A stretch of 57,317 nucleotides of DNA, taken from NCBI GenBank assembly GCA_963976765.1, contig CAXBME010000038.1, forward strand, positions 1 to 57,317, read 5' to 3'. A program made the translations under genes and the position numbers. Positions 38,031 through 47,376 of this stretch are shown here, in pieces. Source of the DNA: an uncultured Planctomycetaceae bacterium. GTDB taxonomy: Bacteria > Planctomycetota > Planctomycetia > Planctomycetales > Planctomycetaceae. The notes below the pieces were generated by a model. That model was not told the DNA's origin and made no database searches. It worked only from the letters and a program-made list of their open reading frames with translations. Within the stretch, counting starts at the first letter, position 1. The number at the start of each line of letters is the position of its first letter.

Positions 38031-39552
38031 CGTTCGCCTCCGGAACGGTCCTTTCTGAAAAGTCGCCGCATTGCAGAATTACGAGTGTCAGGTCGTCCGT
38101 CAATGGTCCTTCGAAGCGGTGTAAATCGAGCTGTTCTCCAATCCGTTTCAGCGATTGCTGTGGCGTGAGGCTGTCGCATTGCGAGAACCTGGCCGTGAGC
38201 TGTTCGCGTCCGAAGAGTTCTCCGTCCGGGCTGCGGGTTTCAGTGGCCCCGTCACTGAATAGCAGCACGCGGTCACCATCCGTTAACTGCACGCTGAGCT
38301 GTTTCCAGGCGGCGTCAGCATCGATTCCCAATAGCAGACCGGTACTCGACAACTGGTCGAGTCGTCCTGATCTCGTCAGAAGAATGCCCGGTTCATGCCC
38401 GGCACTGGCCCAGGACAGTTCACCCGATTCCGGCTGCCAGCGACCGAGAAACATCGACGCGAAATTCCCTGGCAGCACGGTGGTGGCGAAACGACGGTTG
38501 ATCTCCGCCAATACGAACTGCGGTTCGAACGGAGGCTGTTCCGTGGCAGCCATCAGCAGTGATTTGAGCATGGCCGCGCCCATCGCCGCCGGAACCCCGT
38601 GTCCAGTGACGTCGGCCACACAGATCAGCCACGATCCGTCGGGCAGTGGCACAAAGTCGTAGTAGTCACCCGCCACCGTGTCCGCCGGCTCGAAGACGTG
38701 TGCAGTCTGCAGACCGGGAATCTGAACTCCGTTCGGGAGCAGGTGCTGCTGAATCTGCTGCGCCTTTTCCATCTGATAACGGCGTTCGCGATCGTTCTCA
38801 TGCAGCGTGTGACTCATGGAATTGATGGCCGCCGAGAGCTGCTGCATCTCGCGACTGCCGAAGGCAGGGGATTCGACTCCCAACTGACCGGCCGCGATCT
38901 GTTTGACGGTGACAAGAAGCCGGTCGAGCGGCGCGCTGACAATCTTCAGCAGCACGACACTGACAACGCCCGCGGCCAGCAGCCCGAGCAGCGCCAGCAC
39001 GACGAGCTGCATCAGGACATCGCGACGGATCGCTCGACGAATATTGACCAGGCTTTCCGACACAACGACACCAATGCCGTCTCCGTTGTGGCTCCCGGAA
39101 ACGAGCCCGCGCTGCTCCAGCGCGCTCATGAGATCGCCTCCGGCAGCAGTCCCCTTAACGTCCTGCCGCTCTTCGGCAGTCGGCTCGCCGTGCCCGTGGG
39201 CCTGCAGCAGATCATCGTTCAGGCGGACGACAATGCGGTGGCCGGGCGAGCTGGTCTGCCGCATTTGCCGGCAGACTGTGTCGATGTAGCTCTGCACGGC
39301 TTTTGCGTTGTGATCGTGCGAAAGATGGCGGACGGCAGCGTGAATCGCGATGGCTTCATCATTCAGACTCGACTGCTTCTCGCGGACTTCGTCACTCATC
39401 TCCCGTTCGTAACGAAGAATCAGCAGGCCGATGAAAGCCAGACCCAGCGACAGATTCACGGCCAGCAGAAGCTGAAAGCGAATCGTTCGGGGTCGGCGGA
39501 AGGCCCATTTGTGAGTGGTCTCAGTCAACTGTCTACTCATCTTTCCATACAC
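37984..39552 (-). CDS. Membrane-anchored HAMP-SpoIIE/PP2C (RsbU-like) phosphatase
   Basis: Two TMs, HAMP, AQQIQQHLLP, AGDYYDF, ADVTGHGVPAA, FSDGATE, DDLTLV. Confidence 0.92.
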   Translation of the reverse strand: MYGKMSRQLTETTHKWAFRRPRTIRFQLLLAVNLSLGLAFIGLLILRYEREMSDEVREKQSSLNDEAIAIHAAVRHLSHDHNAKAVQSYIDTVCRQMRQTSSPGHRIVVRLNDDLLQAHGHGEPTAEERQDVKGTAAGGDLMSALEQRGLVSGSHNGDGIGVVVSESLVNIRRAIRRDVLMQLVVLALLGLLAAGVVSVVLLKIVSAPLDRLLVTVKQIAAGQLGVESPAFGSREMQQLSAAINSMSHTLHENDRERRYQMEKAQQIQQHLLPNGVQIPGLQTAHVFEPADTVAGDYYDFVPLPDGSWLICVADVTGHGVPAAMGAAMLKSLLMAATEQPPFEPQFVLAEINRRFATTVLPGNFASMFLGRWQPESGELSWASAGHEPGILLTRSGRLDQLSSTGLLLGIDADAAWKQLSVQLTDGDRVLLFSDGATETRSPDGELFGREQLTARFSQCDSLTPQQSLKRIGEQLDLHRFEGPLTDDLTLVILQCGDFSERTVPEANDARTTDVSAASASME

Positions 39553-39555
39553 AAA

Positions 39556-40077
39556 TCAGATATCATCGCATCGGTCATCGACTCTTCGCGTGTGCTGCTC
39601 AAGAACGCCGGGCACCAGTCGAATCACCGTGTCCAGAACAACCATCGCGGCGACCTCACCACAATTGAGGACGTAGTCGCCGACGGACAGTTCTTCGGCT
39701 CCGATGTGTTCGGCGAGGCCCTCCTCGAATCCTCCCAGTCGTCCGCAAATCAGAATTAGGTGTTCGACCCGGGACAGACCTCGGACTAAGGTCTGATCGA
39801 TTTTGCGTCCGCGCGGTGAAAGCAGAATGATGCGAGTAGATTTGTCGGGGGTGCGGAGCGATCCAATGCATGCTTCGATCGGCTCGCGACGAATCACGAT
39901 AGTCCGCCCTGAGGGAGTCCTGCTGGGAACTGTCAGCGTATTACAGGTGTCAACCCACTGACAGAAGTTGTGAGTCCTCACGTGAACGAGGTGCTGCCGG
40001 ATAGCGAAGTGAAATGGCGTATCGTTGAGATAGCTGCCGAACACCGACGGAAACAGGCTCAGTATGTCAATCTGCAC
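39556..40077 (-). CDS. TrmD-like SPOUT methyltransferase, divergent and lacking the C-terminal domain
   Basis: MQIDILSLFP, LLSPRG, LICGR, SVGDYVLNCGE, IRLVPGVL; only 173 aa; RBS AAAGGA. Confidence 0.8.
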   Translation of the reverse strand: MQIDILSLFPSVFGSYLNDTPFHFAIRQHLVHVRTHNFCQWVDTCNTLTVPSRTPSGRTIVIRREPIEACIGSLRTPDKSTRIILLSPRGRKIDQTLVRGLSRVEHLILICGRLGGFEEGLAEHIGAEELSVGDYVLNCGEVAAMVVLDTVIRLVPGVLEQHTRRVDDRCDDI

Positions 40078-40104
40078 TGTAACAGTCCTTTCTAATCGTG
40101 AGGG

Positions 40105-40992
40105 TCATACCGTTCCCGCCGAAAGCAGTGGCGCTGAAGGCTTCATATCAATCGCCCGGGGGGCTCCTGTATCAATCTCCGCCCGATCACCAGGAGTCGA
40201 CTCACTCGATGCAGATGATTGCAGACACTCGCTCTCCTGCTGGTTGAAGAATCTGGTCCGTTTCTTCATCGTCTTGACGAGGAGCCAGACGCATGCAGCC
40301 AGAGCAAACAGTGCAGACCAGACGCGGTCGACGCGGAAGGCTCCTTCAATGAACAGGTTCTCCAGACCGTCGAACAGCGTGAAGATGCTGATGATCAAAA
40401 ACAGCGTCGAATACTCGTTGCGAATGACGCGCCGAACGTCAAACCGTCGCCCCGGCAAGAGCCGGTTTTGCAATGCCGGAAAGAATGCCGGCGTGCGACT
40501 CGCCCAGTTCAGAAACTCATCACCAAACTTTGAGCGCAGATACTCTTCTTCTCGATAAATGATGCGTTCGTAGTAGAGCCAGAACGCAGCGACATAGAGC
40601 GCCGGCACCCACCAGACGCCACAGAACAGGCTGAACCCGAGGCCATTGAGAAAGTTGCCGAGATACAGCGGGTTTCGTGTCACGGAGTACATCCCGGTCG
40701 TGTTGAGCGAATCCGCCCGTTGCCGATGCGTATTCCGCCCCGACGTTCCGGGTGCCGCATAGCCCGTTGTCACGATGCGAATCCCCAGTCCGCTCAGGGA
40801 CACCATCAGGCACGCCAGCTCGAAGAACAGCTCCAGTTCATAGGAATAGCCGGTGCTTTGCAGATGGCTGTGGCCCGACACTGCGAGTTCAGTGAACCCG
40901 GCGAGTACCAGTGACAGGAGCACAAAAGGCAAATAGCTCCGCCACCGAAAGAGCCACTGCCCCTGCGATTCCATTTCTTCACGAAGTGCCAT
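40105..40992 (-). CDS. ICMT/PEMT-family membrane methyltransferase (LmtA-like lipid A phosphate methyltransferase; CzcN superfamily)
   Basis: MALREEMESQGQWLFRWRSYLP, TSGRNT, GMYSVTRNPLYLGN, EEEYLRSKFG, TPAFFP. Confidence 0.85.
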   Translation of the reverse strand: MALREEMESQGQWLFRWRSYLPFVLLSLVLAGFTELAVSGHSHLQSTGYSYELELFFELACLMVSLSGLGIRIVTTGYAAPGTSGRNTHRQRADSLNTTGMYSVTRNPLYLGNFLNGLGFSLFCGVWWVPALYVAAFWLYYERIIYREEEYLRSKFGDEFLNWASRTPAFFPALQNRLLPGRRFDVRRVIRNEYSTLFLIISIFTLFDGLENLFIEGAFRVDRVWSALFALAACVWLLVKTMKKRTRFFNQQESECLQSSASSESTPGDRAEIDTGAPRAIDMKPSAPLLSAGTV

Positions 40993-41059
40993 GTTTCTAT
41001 TCCGATTAGAAATCCAAAAAGTTCTTTTGCAGGTCATCGACCGCTCATGCGGCCGGGCG

Positions 41060-42115
41060 TTATGTGGTGACTTCCTGATGCTGTTCGCGATCCGTTGGCA
41101 CATCGGCCATGACGTTCCATGCGAGCCCGCAGCGTTCCATCAGGCGAATCACGACGAAGTTCACATCGACTTCCCACCAGCGATGACCGTGTCGTGCCAG
41201 TCGCTGATGCGCGTGATGGTTGTTGTGCCAGCCTTCTCCGTAGGCCAATAGTGCTACCCACCAGAGATTGCGGCTGTCGTCGTCCGTCTCGTAATTGCGA
41301 TACCCCCACATGTGAGTGGCGGAGTTCACCAGCCAGGTCACATGAAAGACATAGGTCGCCCGCACGAACAGACCGTACACCAGCAGAGACAATCCCAGAG
41401 ACAGACCACTCAGGGCATAGCCTGTCGTCAGCAGTGTGCCACCCATTGCCATGTGCCACCAGATCCAGGTCCGGTCGAGAAACTTCATGTATGGGTCTCT
41501 CAACATATCTGGTGCGTAGCGCCGGTACTGCTCAGCCCAGTACTGCGAGCCCCGACGTGGCATCATCCAGACGATGTGGCTCCACCAGGCTCCATCCCGA
41601 GGGGAATGCGGGTCGCCTTCCTGATCGCTGAACTGATGATGCCGGCGATGCGCCGCCACCCACATGATCGGTGGGCCTTCTCCCGCCAGCATCCCGAGTG
41701 TGGCCAGAACACGCCTCACAACTGGAAACGTTTCGAAGCTGCCGTGCGTCAGCAGCCGATGAAAGCCGATGCACACGCCAAGGCTCGCCGTAACGGCGCT
41801 CAGCACGATGGCCACGGCAAGCCCGGACCAAGTGAAGACGAACGGCGCTGCGAGCGCACCAAGATGCGCCGTACCCAGCCAGATCACGGCCGGCCATTCC
41901 AAGCCCTTTGACCAGACATCCGTGGCTTCGTCTGACTCAGCCGCAGTCGTCGGACTCCTGTTACGAGTGCCCGTGCTGTCGCCTGAAATAGACGCGTAGC
42001 AATCAGGCACCTCTGCGGTCGCAACCTGCTCTTCAGTAGGTTGCGACCGCGTCAGAATTTCCGTCATTCGTATCTGCCTTCCGTGTTCTGCCGGTGAGGC
42101 CGACTCAGGCGGCAC
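41060..42115 (-). CDS. Delta-9-type fatty acid desaturase
   Basis: His boxes HRLLTH, HRRHH, HNNHH; DPHSP; VNSATH. Confidence 0.93.
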   Translation of the reverse strand: MPPESASPAEHGRQIRMTEILTRSQPTEEQVATAEVPDCYASISGDSTGTRNRSPTTAAESDEATDVWSKGLEWPAVIWLGTAHLGALAAPFVFTWSGLAVAIVLSAVTASLGVCIGFHRLLTHGSFETFPVVRRVLATLGMLAGEGPPIMWVAAHRRHHQFSDQEGDPHSPRDGAWWSHIVWMMPRRGSQYWAEQYRRYAPDMLRDPYMKFLDRTWIWWHMAMGGTLLTTGYALSGLSLGLSLLVYGLFVRATYVFHVTWLVNSATHMWGYRNYETDDDSRNLWWVALLAYGEGWHNNHHAHQRLARHGHRWWEVDVNFVVIRLMERCGLAWNVMADVPTDREQHQEVTT

Positions 42116-42308
42116 GCCGCGGTCGCCGTCCCGGTTTCAGTTCGATGCGAAATTCGCGGGCGATTTTCAGCAATGTTTCCAAGGCCATGGGGTGATCGAC
42201 GCGGGCTTGAGCGCCGCGCGCACCGTGTTCGCGAATCAGCTCGGCCAGTTCCCTACGCTGCTCGTAGTCGTATGTTCGCGGTCGGCCCCGTGACCATCGT
42301 TCTGTCAT
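42105..42308 (-). CDS. Small basic putative DNA-binding protein with AT-hook-like ends
   Basis: RBS GAGGAG; RGRPR at the N-terminus, PGRRPRR at the C-terminus, helical core. Confidence 0.65.
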   Translation of the reverse strand: MTERWSRGRPRTYDYEQRRELAELIREHGARGAQARVDHPMALETLLKIAREFRIELKPGRRPRRAA

Positions 42309-42381
42309 GTCAACTCCTCGACGCCACGCGCCACTCGGCATAATGGAAACCGTCGCCGGGTGGCGTTCGCGTCTACACCGC

Positions 42382-42648
42382 TCACCGTTTCGATTGAGAA
42401 TGAAAACGCTGCACTGGTCCCCGGTGCTGCAGGACCGACTGACTCGGAATGGTCAGCGTTCTCCCGAACCACGGAATCCGCAGAACGGGAGCCGGTCTGA
42501 CAGTACGCGGGGCTTCCGAACGACAGCCGCAGACTGGCGCGGAATCGCGTCGCGGGTAGAACCGCTGAACAGGTCCGGCATCGACCGGCAGGCCGGATGC
42601 CAGAACCAGTAATGCTGCACAGGTCGCAAGTTTTGCTGTGCGAACCAT
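42382..42648 (-). CDS. Small secreted protein
   Basis: RBS AGGAG, signal peptide (VDA-G), GPVQRF twice, CGC. Confidence 0.6.
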   Translation of the reverse strand: MVRTAKLATCAALLVLASGLPVDAGPVQRFYPRRDSAPVCGCRSEAPRTVRPAPVLRIPWFGRTLTIPSQSVLQHRGPVQRFHSQSKR

Positions 42649-42704
42649 CGTTCGTTCTCCTGATTATCAAGCAGGATTGGAAATTGTCGGCACTGGAAAC
42701 GCTC

Positions 42705-43298
42705 TCAGTGCTTATGGTCGTCGTCATGATCGTGATCGTGTGCGATTGCTCCGCGATACGACTTTCCGTTGATCTTGAGCACCAGGCTGGCGTCGGCATC
42801 TTCGTGCTCCAGGTCTTCACCCAGTTCCTTATCAGTGGAGACGAAACGTGAAGACTTCCCTTCCGCGTCTCCCGCGTCGGGACTGGCGGCGAGTTTGAAC
42901 TGCTCACCTTTCCCATCGTGTTTGAGGTTGATCATGATCTCAGTCGCGTCGATCGCGACTGCTTCTTTGGCCGCTCCATCGAGGATGTAGATCGTGACCG
43001 TGCCCGCGTCCTCGTCATGGACGAATTCGGCGTGATATTCCTCGCCACCGAGTTCAATCAGCGAGCCGTGATGCGGACCCTCAGACGGATGATCGTGGTC
43101 ATCGTGTCCTTCGTGGTCATCATGCCCTTCATGATCATCATGTCCCTCATGGTCATCGTGCCCCTCATGGTCATCGTGCCCCGCGTCTGCCGTTGGCGGT
43201 GCCGGGTTCGTTGGTGCTGACGAATCGCCACAGCCACTCGTGAACAGGATGACGATTCCGTAAGCCGCGATCGTGGACAGTGTGTAGAAACGTGACAT
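42705..43298 (-). CDS. His-rich lipoprotein, putative metal chaperone
   Basis: Lipobox FTSG-C, GHDDH[ED] x5, GPHHGSLIELG, HDHDHDDDHKH tail; RBS AAGGA. Confidence 0.88.
   Translation of the reverse strand: MSRFYTLSTIAAYGIVILFTSGCGDSSAPTNPAPPTADAGHDDHEGHDDHEGHDDHEGHDDHEGHDDHDHPSEGPHHGSLIELGGEEYHAEFVHDEDAGTVTIYILDGAAKEAVAIDATEIMINLKHDGKGEQFKLAASPDAGDAEGKSSRFVSTDKELGEDLEHEDADASLVLKINGKSYRGAIAHDHDHDDDHKH
43092..43181 (-). repeat. 18-bp coding tandem repeat, five units (GHDDHE)
   Basis: Units differ mainly at third codon positions. Confidence 0.85.
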
Positions 43299-43524
43299 GC
43301 TGCTTCCTTTACTGATACTGAGTGAGAAAAAACGTGAGTCTGAAATTGGGTAAAGTGGAAGTGGAAGACACCGGACCGCAAGTCCAGCTCCGCCGGTTCG
43401 TTGCGGCCGGTGCTTCCCGAGCACGCATCAGCTCGAAGGAGCAAACTGACGAATGCGAATCCGTGTAGAAAATGGTCAGTGAATCATCGGCATCATCTTC
43501 CTTTTCCAATCCTGTCTGTATTTC

Positions 43525-43584
43525 GAACAGGAGTTCACAGAGGAAACGGAGACGTGCTTCTCTGTTTCCTCTGTTCCCTTCTGT
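43525..43584. repeat. REP-like palindrome, family A, copy 4
   Basis: GAACAGGAGTTCACAGAGGAAACGGAGA ... TCTCTGTTTCCTCTGTTCCCTTCTGT. Confidence 0.8.
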
Positions 43585-43625
43585 CATAAACCGCAAGCCT
43601 GCTCAGTCAGCGTGACAGGTCTGCG

Positions 43626-46600
43626 TCACGCCGTTGTCGCATCGGAGCTATGGGCAGCAGGTTCGTGACTTTCATCCGCGTGCCGTGCCCCTTCCTTTTC
43701 CTCGATCAGTTCGACTTCGCTGAATGACGTTTCGATCAACCGTTCGCCGGCCTGACGTCCAAAGGTCCAGAACAGAGCCGGCCGCACGAAGTATTCCAGA
43801 ATGGTGCTGCTGATCAGGCCGCCCAGAATCACTGTGGCGACCGGATAGAGGATTTCTTTACCCGGCTCACCAGCCGAAAGTGCCAGCGGCACAAGGCCGA
43901 TGCCCGAGGTCAATGCTGTCATCAGAACTGGTGCCAGACGCTCTTTGCCGGCACGGATAATCATTTCCTTTGACCACGTCTCACCTTCGTAATGGACGAG
44001 ATGCAGATAATGATTCAGCAGCAGAATGCCATTTCTGGAAGCGATTCCACCCAGCGAGATGAAGCCCACCATGGCGGCAACGGTCAGCGTCTGATCGGTA
44101 ATGACCAGTGCCAACACCGATCCGATAAAGGCCATCGGCAAAGCGGCCATGACCTGCAGCGAGAAGTTGACAGAACGAAACATCGTGTAGAGCACCATCA
44201 GCACGCCGAACATCGAGAGAGTGAACAGTACTCCAATGATTCGACTGGCGGTTTTCTCGCTCTCGAACTGGCCGCCATATTCGACGAAATAGCCAGGTGG
44301 CAACGATGCGATGACCGGCTTCTGCGCGGCCTGCATTTCCGTCACGACATCGACCAGTCCGCGTCCGGAAACATTGCACTGAATCACAATCCGGCGACGC
44401 ACCAGTTCGCGATTGATCGTATTCGGGCCGCTCGACTTGTAGACCTTCGCCACCGACGAGAGTGGTGTCGTCCCGCCGGACGGCAAATCGATCGACAGCC
44501 GCTCCAGCGACTGCATGTTCTCACGGAAGTCCTCGTTGACACGAACCATCAGGTCGAATGTCCGCTGCCCCAGCAGGACTTCGCTGACCACGTCACCATT
44601 CATCGCCGTTGAGATGTACTCATTCACGTAAGACGGTCTGAGACCATAGAGTTCCAGCTTGTCGCGATCGAGTTCGATGCGGAGTTGTGGAATCTCGACC
44701 TGCGGCTCGACCAGCAGGTCAGTGACGCCGTCGATCTCCCGCATCTTCGCGGCCATCTCCTGAGCCTTGCGACGCAGTATGTTCAGATCGTCTCCGTAGA
44801 TCTTAATTCCCACTTGCGCCTTGACGCCCGAAATCATGTGTGAAATCAGATGAGCCAGTGGTTGCTCGACCGTCGTAACAATGCCAGGGATACCCTCCAT
44901 CGCGAACCGGATATCATCCAGCACGACCTCGCGACCGCGATCCGATTCCGGGTCGAAACTGATGATGATTTCGGTGATGTTGACACCTTCGGCGTGTTCA
45001 TCCAGTTCGGCGCGGCCAGTACGTCTGGAAAACGCTTCGACGCCTTCGACATCCATCAATCTCTCGATGACCGTCTGAGCGATCTCGTTTGATTTCTTGA
45101 GAGATGTTCCTGGCGGTAGAACGACATTCAGTTGAGCGACACCTTCGTTGAACGGGGGTAAAAAGTCCCGTTCCAGGTTGGCAAGCGCGGCGAATGCGAT
45201 CGCAACGCTGCAGGCAGCCAGAATCAGCATCTTCTTCGCGTGCCGAAGACTCAGCCCCATGGCCCCGCCAGCGGCCCATTTCAGACACCGCAGCAGGGGG
45301 CCTTCCTTTTCATGTTCCATCAGCTTCGCTCGCGACAGCATCCAGTAACACAGCACAGGTGTCAGGGTCAGCGAAACCAGCAGCGACGACAGAATGGAAA
45401 CAATGTAAGCCACGCCGAGCGGAGCAAACAGGCGGCCTTCCATGCCAGACAGAGCGAACAGCGGCAGAAACACCAGCACGACGATCATTGTTCCGAAAAC
45501 AATCGAGTTTCGTATTTCACAACTCGCCTGAAACACGACCAGTAATGTGTTTTTGGGATTCTTCGCGTGCCGATTCTCGCGCAGGCGCCTGAAGATATTT
45601 TCCACATCGACAATCGCGTCATCGACGAGTTCGCCGATGGCGACTGCCAGTCCACCGAGCGTCATCGTATTGATCGACAATCCGAACGCGGTGAAGACCA
45701 GCGCCGTAATGGCAATCGAAAGCGGAATTGCGGTCAGCGTGATAAACGTCGTGCGGAAATTCATGAGGAACAGAAACAGAATCACAACAACCAGGATTCC
45801 GCCATCCCGCAGCGCCTCGACCACGTTGTCGACGGCCCGGTCAATAAAGGCCTTCTGGGAATAGAGCCCCGGCTGAATGCGAATGTCATCCGGCAGGGAA
45901 GGCTCCAGCTCTTTAAGGGCCTTCATGATCTCGTCAGTCACATGGCGTGTGTCTGCGGACGGTTGCTTGTTGATTGTCAGCACCACGGCCGGACCGCCTG
46001 AGAAGCCGCCGTCTTCCTTGCGCACATACGCCGAACTGTCACCGCGTTTGACCTGCGGACCTTTGACGACGGTAGCGACCTGCGAGAGCAGAATCGGACG
46101 GCCTTCGCGCATGGTCACCACGACCCGCTTCAGGTCGTCGATTGTCTGAACACGTCCCAGAGCCCGCACCAGAAATTCGTTCGGTCCCTGATCGTCGAGA
46201 TAACCACCAGTCGCGTTCTCGTTACTTTCTTCGCAGGCAAGTTTGACGTCGTGCAGTGTGACGCCGTACTGCAACAGCTTGTCCGGATCGACGAGCACCT
46301 GAAACTGCATCCGGCCCCCACCCATCGTGAATACCTGCGAGACGCCGGGAATCGTCAGCAGTCTCTGCCGAACCACCCAGTCGGCCAGCGTTCGCACTTC
46401 GAGCGGTGACGTCTTTCCTCCTTCGCTCCACATCCCGACCATGATAATTTGACCCATGATCGACGAAATCGGCGCGAGCTGTGGCTTAACACCGGCCGGC
46501 ATGCGGTCCTGGACGAGTTGCAGCCGCTCCATCACGATCTGCCGGTCGTTGTAGATGTCCGTGCCCCAGTCGAATTCGACATAGGTCACAGAAATACCGA

Positions 46601-46862
46601 CACCGGCAGAACTGCGAACGGCTTCCACGCCATTGGCGCCGTTGATGGCCGTTTCCAGTGGAAACGTAATGAGCGCCTCGACTTCTTCCGGCGCCATCCC
46701 GGGCGCTTCCACCATGACCACCACGCGCGGCCGGTTCAGGTTCGGGAAGACATCGATATCCATCTGCAGCGCCTGCCAGCCGCCGGCACCCATTAGAAAC
46801 AGGGAGAACACGACAACCAGCATGCGCTGTCTGAGTGCGAATCGAATAATCGCGTTAAGCAT
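43626..46862 (-). CDS. Heavy-metal RND permease (CusA/CzcA family, GELVDDAIVDVEN type)
   Basis: IDVFPNLNRP, AIGELVDDAIVDVENI, GRAELDEHAE, ERLAPVLMTA. Confidence 0.95.
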   Translation of the reverse strand: MLNAIIRFALRQRMLVVVFSLFLMGAGGWQALQMDIDVFPNLNRPRVVVMVEAPGMAPEEVEALITFPLETAINGANGVEAVRSSAGVGISVTYVEFDWGTDIYNDRQIVMERLQLVQDRMPAGVKPQLAPISSIMGQIIMVGMWSEGGKTSPLEVRTLADWVVRQRLLTIPGVSQVFTMGGGRMQFQVLVDPDKLLQYGVTLHDVKLACEESNENATGGYLDDQGPNEFLVRALGRVQTIDDLKRVVVTMREGRPILLSQVATVVKGPQVKRGDSSAYVRKEDGGFSGGPAVVLTINKQPSADTRHVTDEIMKALKELEPSLPDDIRIQPGLYSQKAFIDRAVDNVVEALRDGGILVVVILFLFLMNFRTTFITLTAIPLSIAITALVFTAFGLSINTMTLGGLAVAIGELVDDAIVDVENIFRRLRENRHAKNPKNTLLVVFQASCEIRNSIVFGTMIVVLVFLPLFALSGMEGRLFAPLGVAYIVSILSSLLVSLTLTPVLCYWMLSRAKLMEHEKEGPLLRCLKWAAGGAMGLSLRHAKKMLILAACSVAIAFAALANLERDFLPPFNEGVAQLNVVLPPGTSLKKSNEIAQTVIERLMDVEGVEAFSRRTGRAELDEHAEGVNITEIIISFDPESDRGREVVLDDIRFAMEGIPGIVTTVEQPLAHLISHMISGVKAQVGIKIYGDDLNILRRKAQEMAAKMREIDGVTDLLVEPQVEIPQLRIELDRDKLELYGLRPSYVNEYISTAMNGDVVSEVLLGQRTFDLMVRVNEDFRENMQSLERLSIDLPSGGTTPLSSVAKVYKSSGPNTINRELVRRRIVIQCNVSGRGLVDVVTEMQAAQKPVIASLPPGYFVEYGGQFESEKTASRIIGVLFTLSMFGVLMVLYTMFRSVNFSLQVMAALPMAFIGSVLALVITDQTLTVAAMVGFISLGGIASRNGILLLNHYLHLVHYEGETWSKEMIIRAGKERLAPVLMTALTSGIGLVPLALSAGEPGKEILYPVATVILGGLISSTILEYFVRPALFWTFGRQAGERLIETSFSEVELIEEKEGARHADESHEPAAHSSDATTA

Positions 46863-47355
46863 TTATTTGTTCCTGACTGCGCCGATGCCCGGTTTCCGAG
46901 TGAACTGGCGTTGGTGTTTCGGTGAGACGCGCCGACCAGTATGCCGCGCGCTGCCTGATGTCGTTGATCCGGGAAGTTTCGTTCAGGGCACTGAGCAACC
47001 AGCTCGAGTCCACGGGTTTTTGCGCAACCTTGAAGACGCCTGCATTGGCCAGTTGAATGGCTCTTGTCGCATCGAGCGCGCCGGAGACGACAATGACCGG
47101 CAGTAGCGGGTACTTCTTTTGAACTCTTTCGAGGAGAACCAGGCCGTCCGGGCCTGGCATTTCGAAGTCAACAATCGCCGCGTCAAACTCCATTGCGTCG
47201 ATTAGTTGAATTGCCTCATCGGCACTCGCGGCGAGCGTGACGTAATGGCCAGAGCTGGAGAGCATCGCCTTCAGCGACTCTCGGACCATTTCGAAATCGT
47301 CGACGACCAGCACTGAAAGGCCACACTTGCGTGGCGACGTGTGTGAATCGGTCAT
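46855..47355 (-). CDS. Stand-alone response-regulator receiver protein
   Basis: VLVVDD, IVDFEMPGPDG, VVSG, QKP. Confidence 0.88.
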   Translation of the reverse strand: MTDSHTSPRKCGLSVLVVDDFEMVRESLKAMLSSSGHYVTLAASADEAIQLIDAMEFDAAIVDFEMPGPDGLVLLERVQKKYPLLPVIVVSGALDATRAIQLANAGVFKVAQKPVDSSWLLSALNETSRINDIRQRAAYWSARLTETPTPVHSETGHRRSQEQINA

Positions 47356-47376
47356 TCTGTTCTCCGATGAATCAGC

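Noticed and set aside
36414..39759. Long + strand ORFs (36414-37520, 37685-38662, 38599-39759) and similar antisense ORFs elsewhere, e.g. 55231-56223
   Set aside because: Shadows of well-supported genes on the opposite strand in GC-rich DNA.
41015..41029. CAAAA-AGTTC-TTTTG as a second recombinase site
   Set aside because: Only 5-bp arms, and the flanks do not match the 10465-10498 site.
15364..43584. CRISPR array from the recurring palindromes
   Set aside because: Copies are dispersed, degenerate and lack regular spacers; no cas genes.
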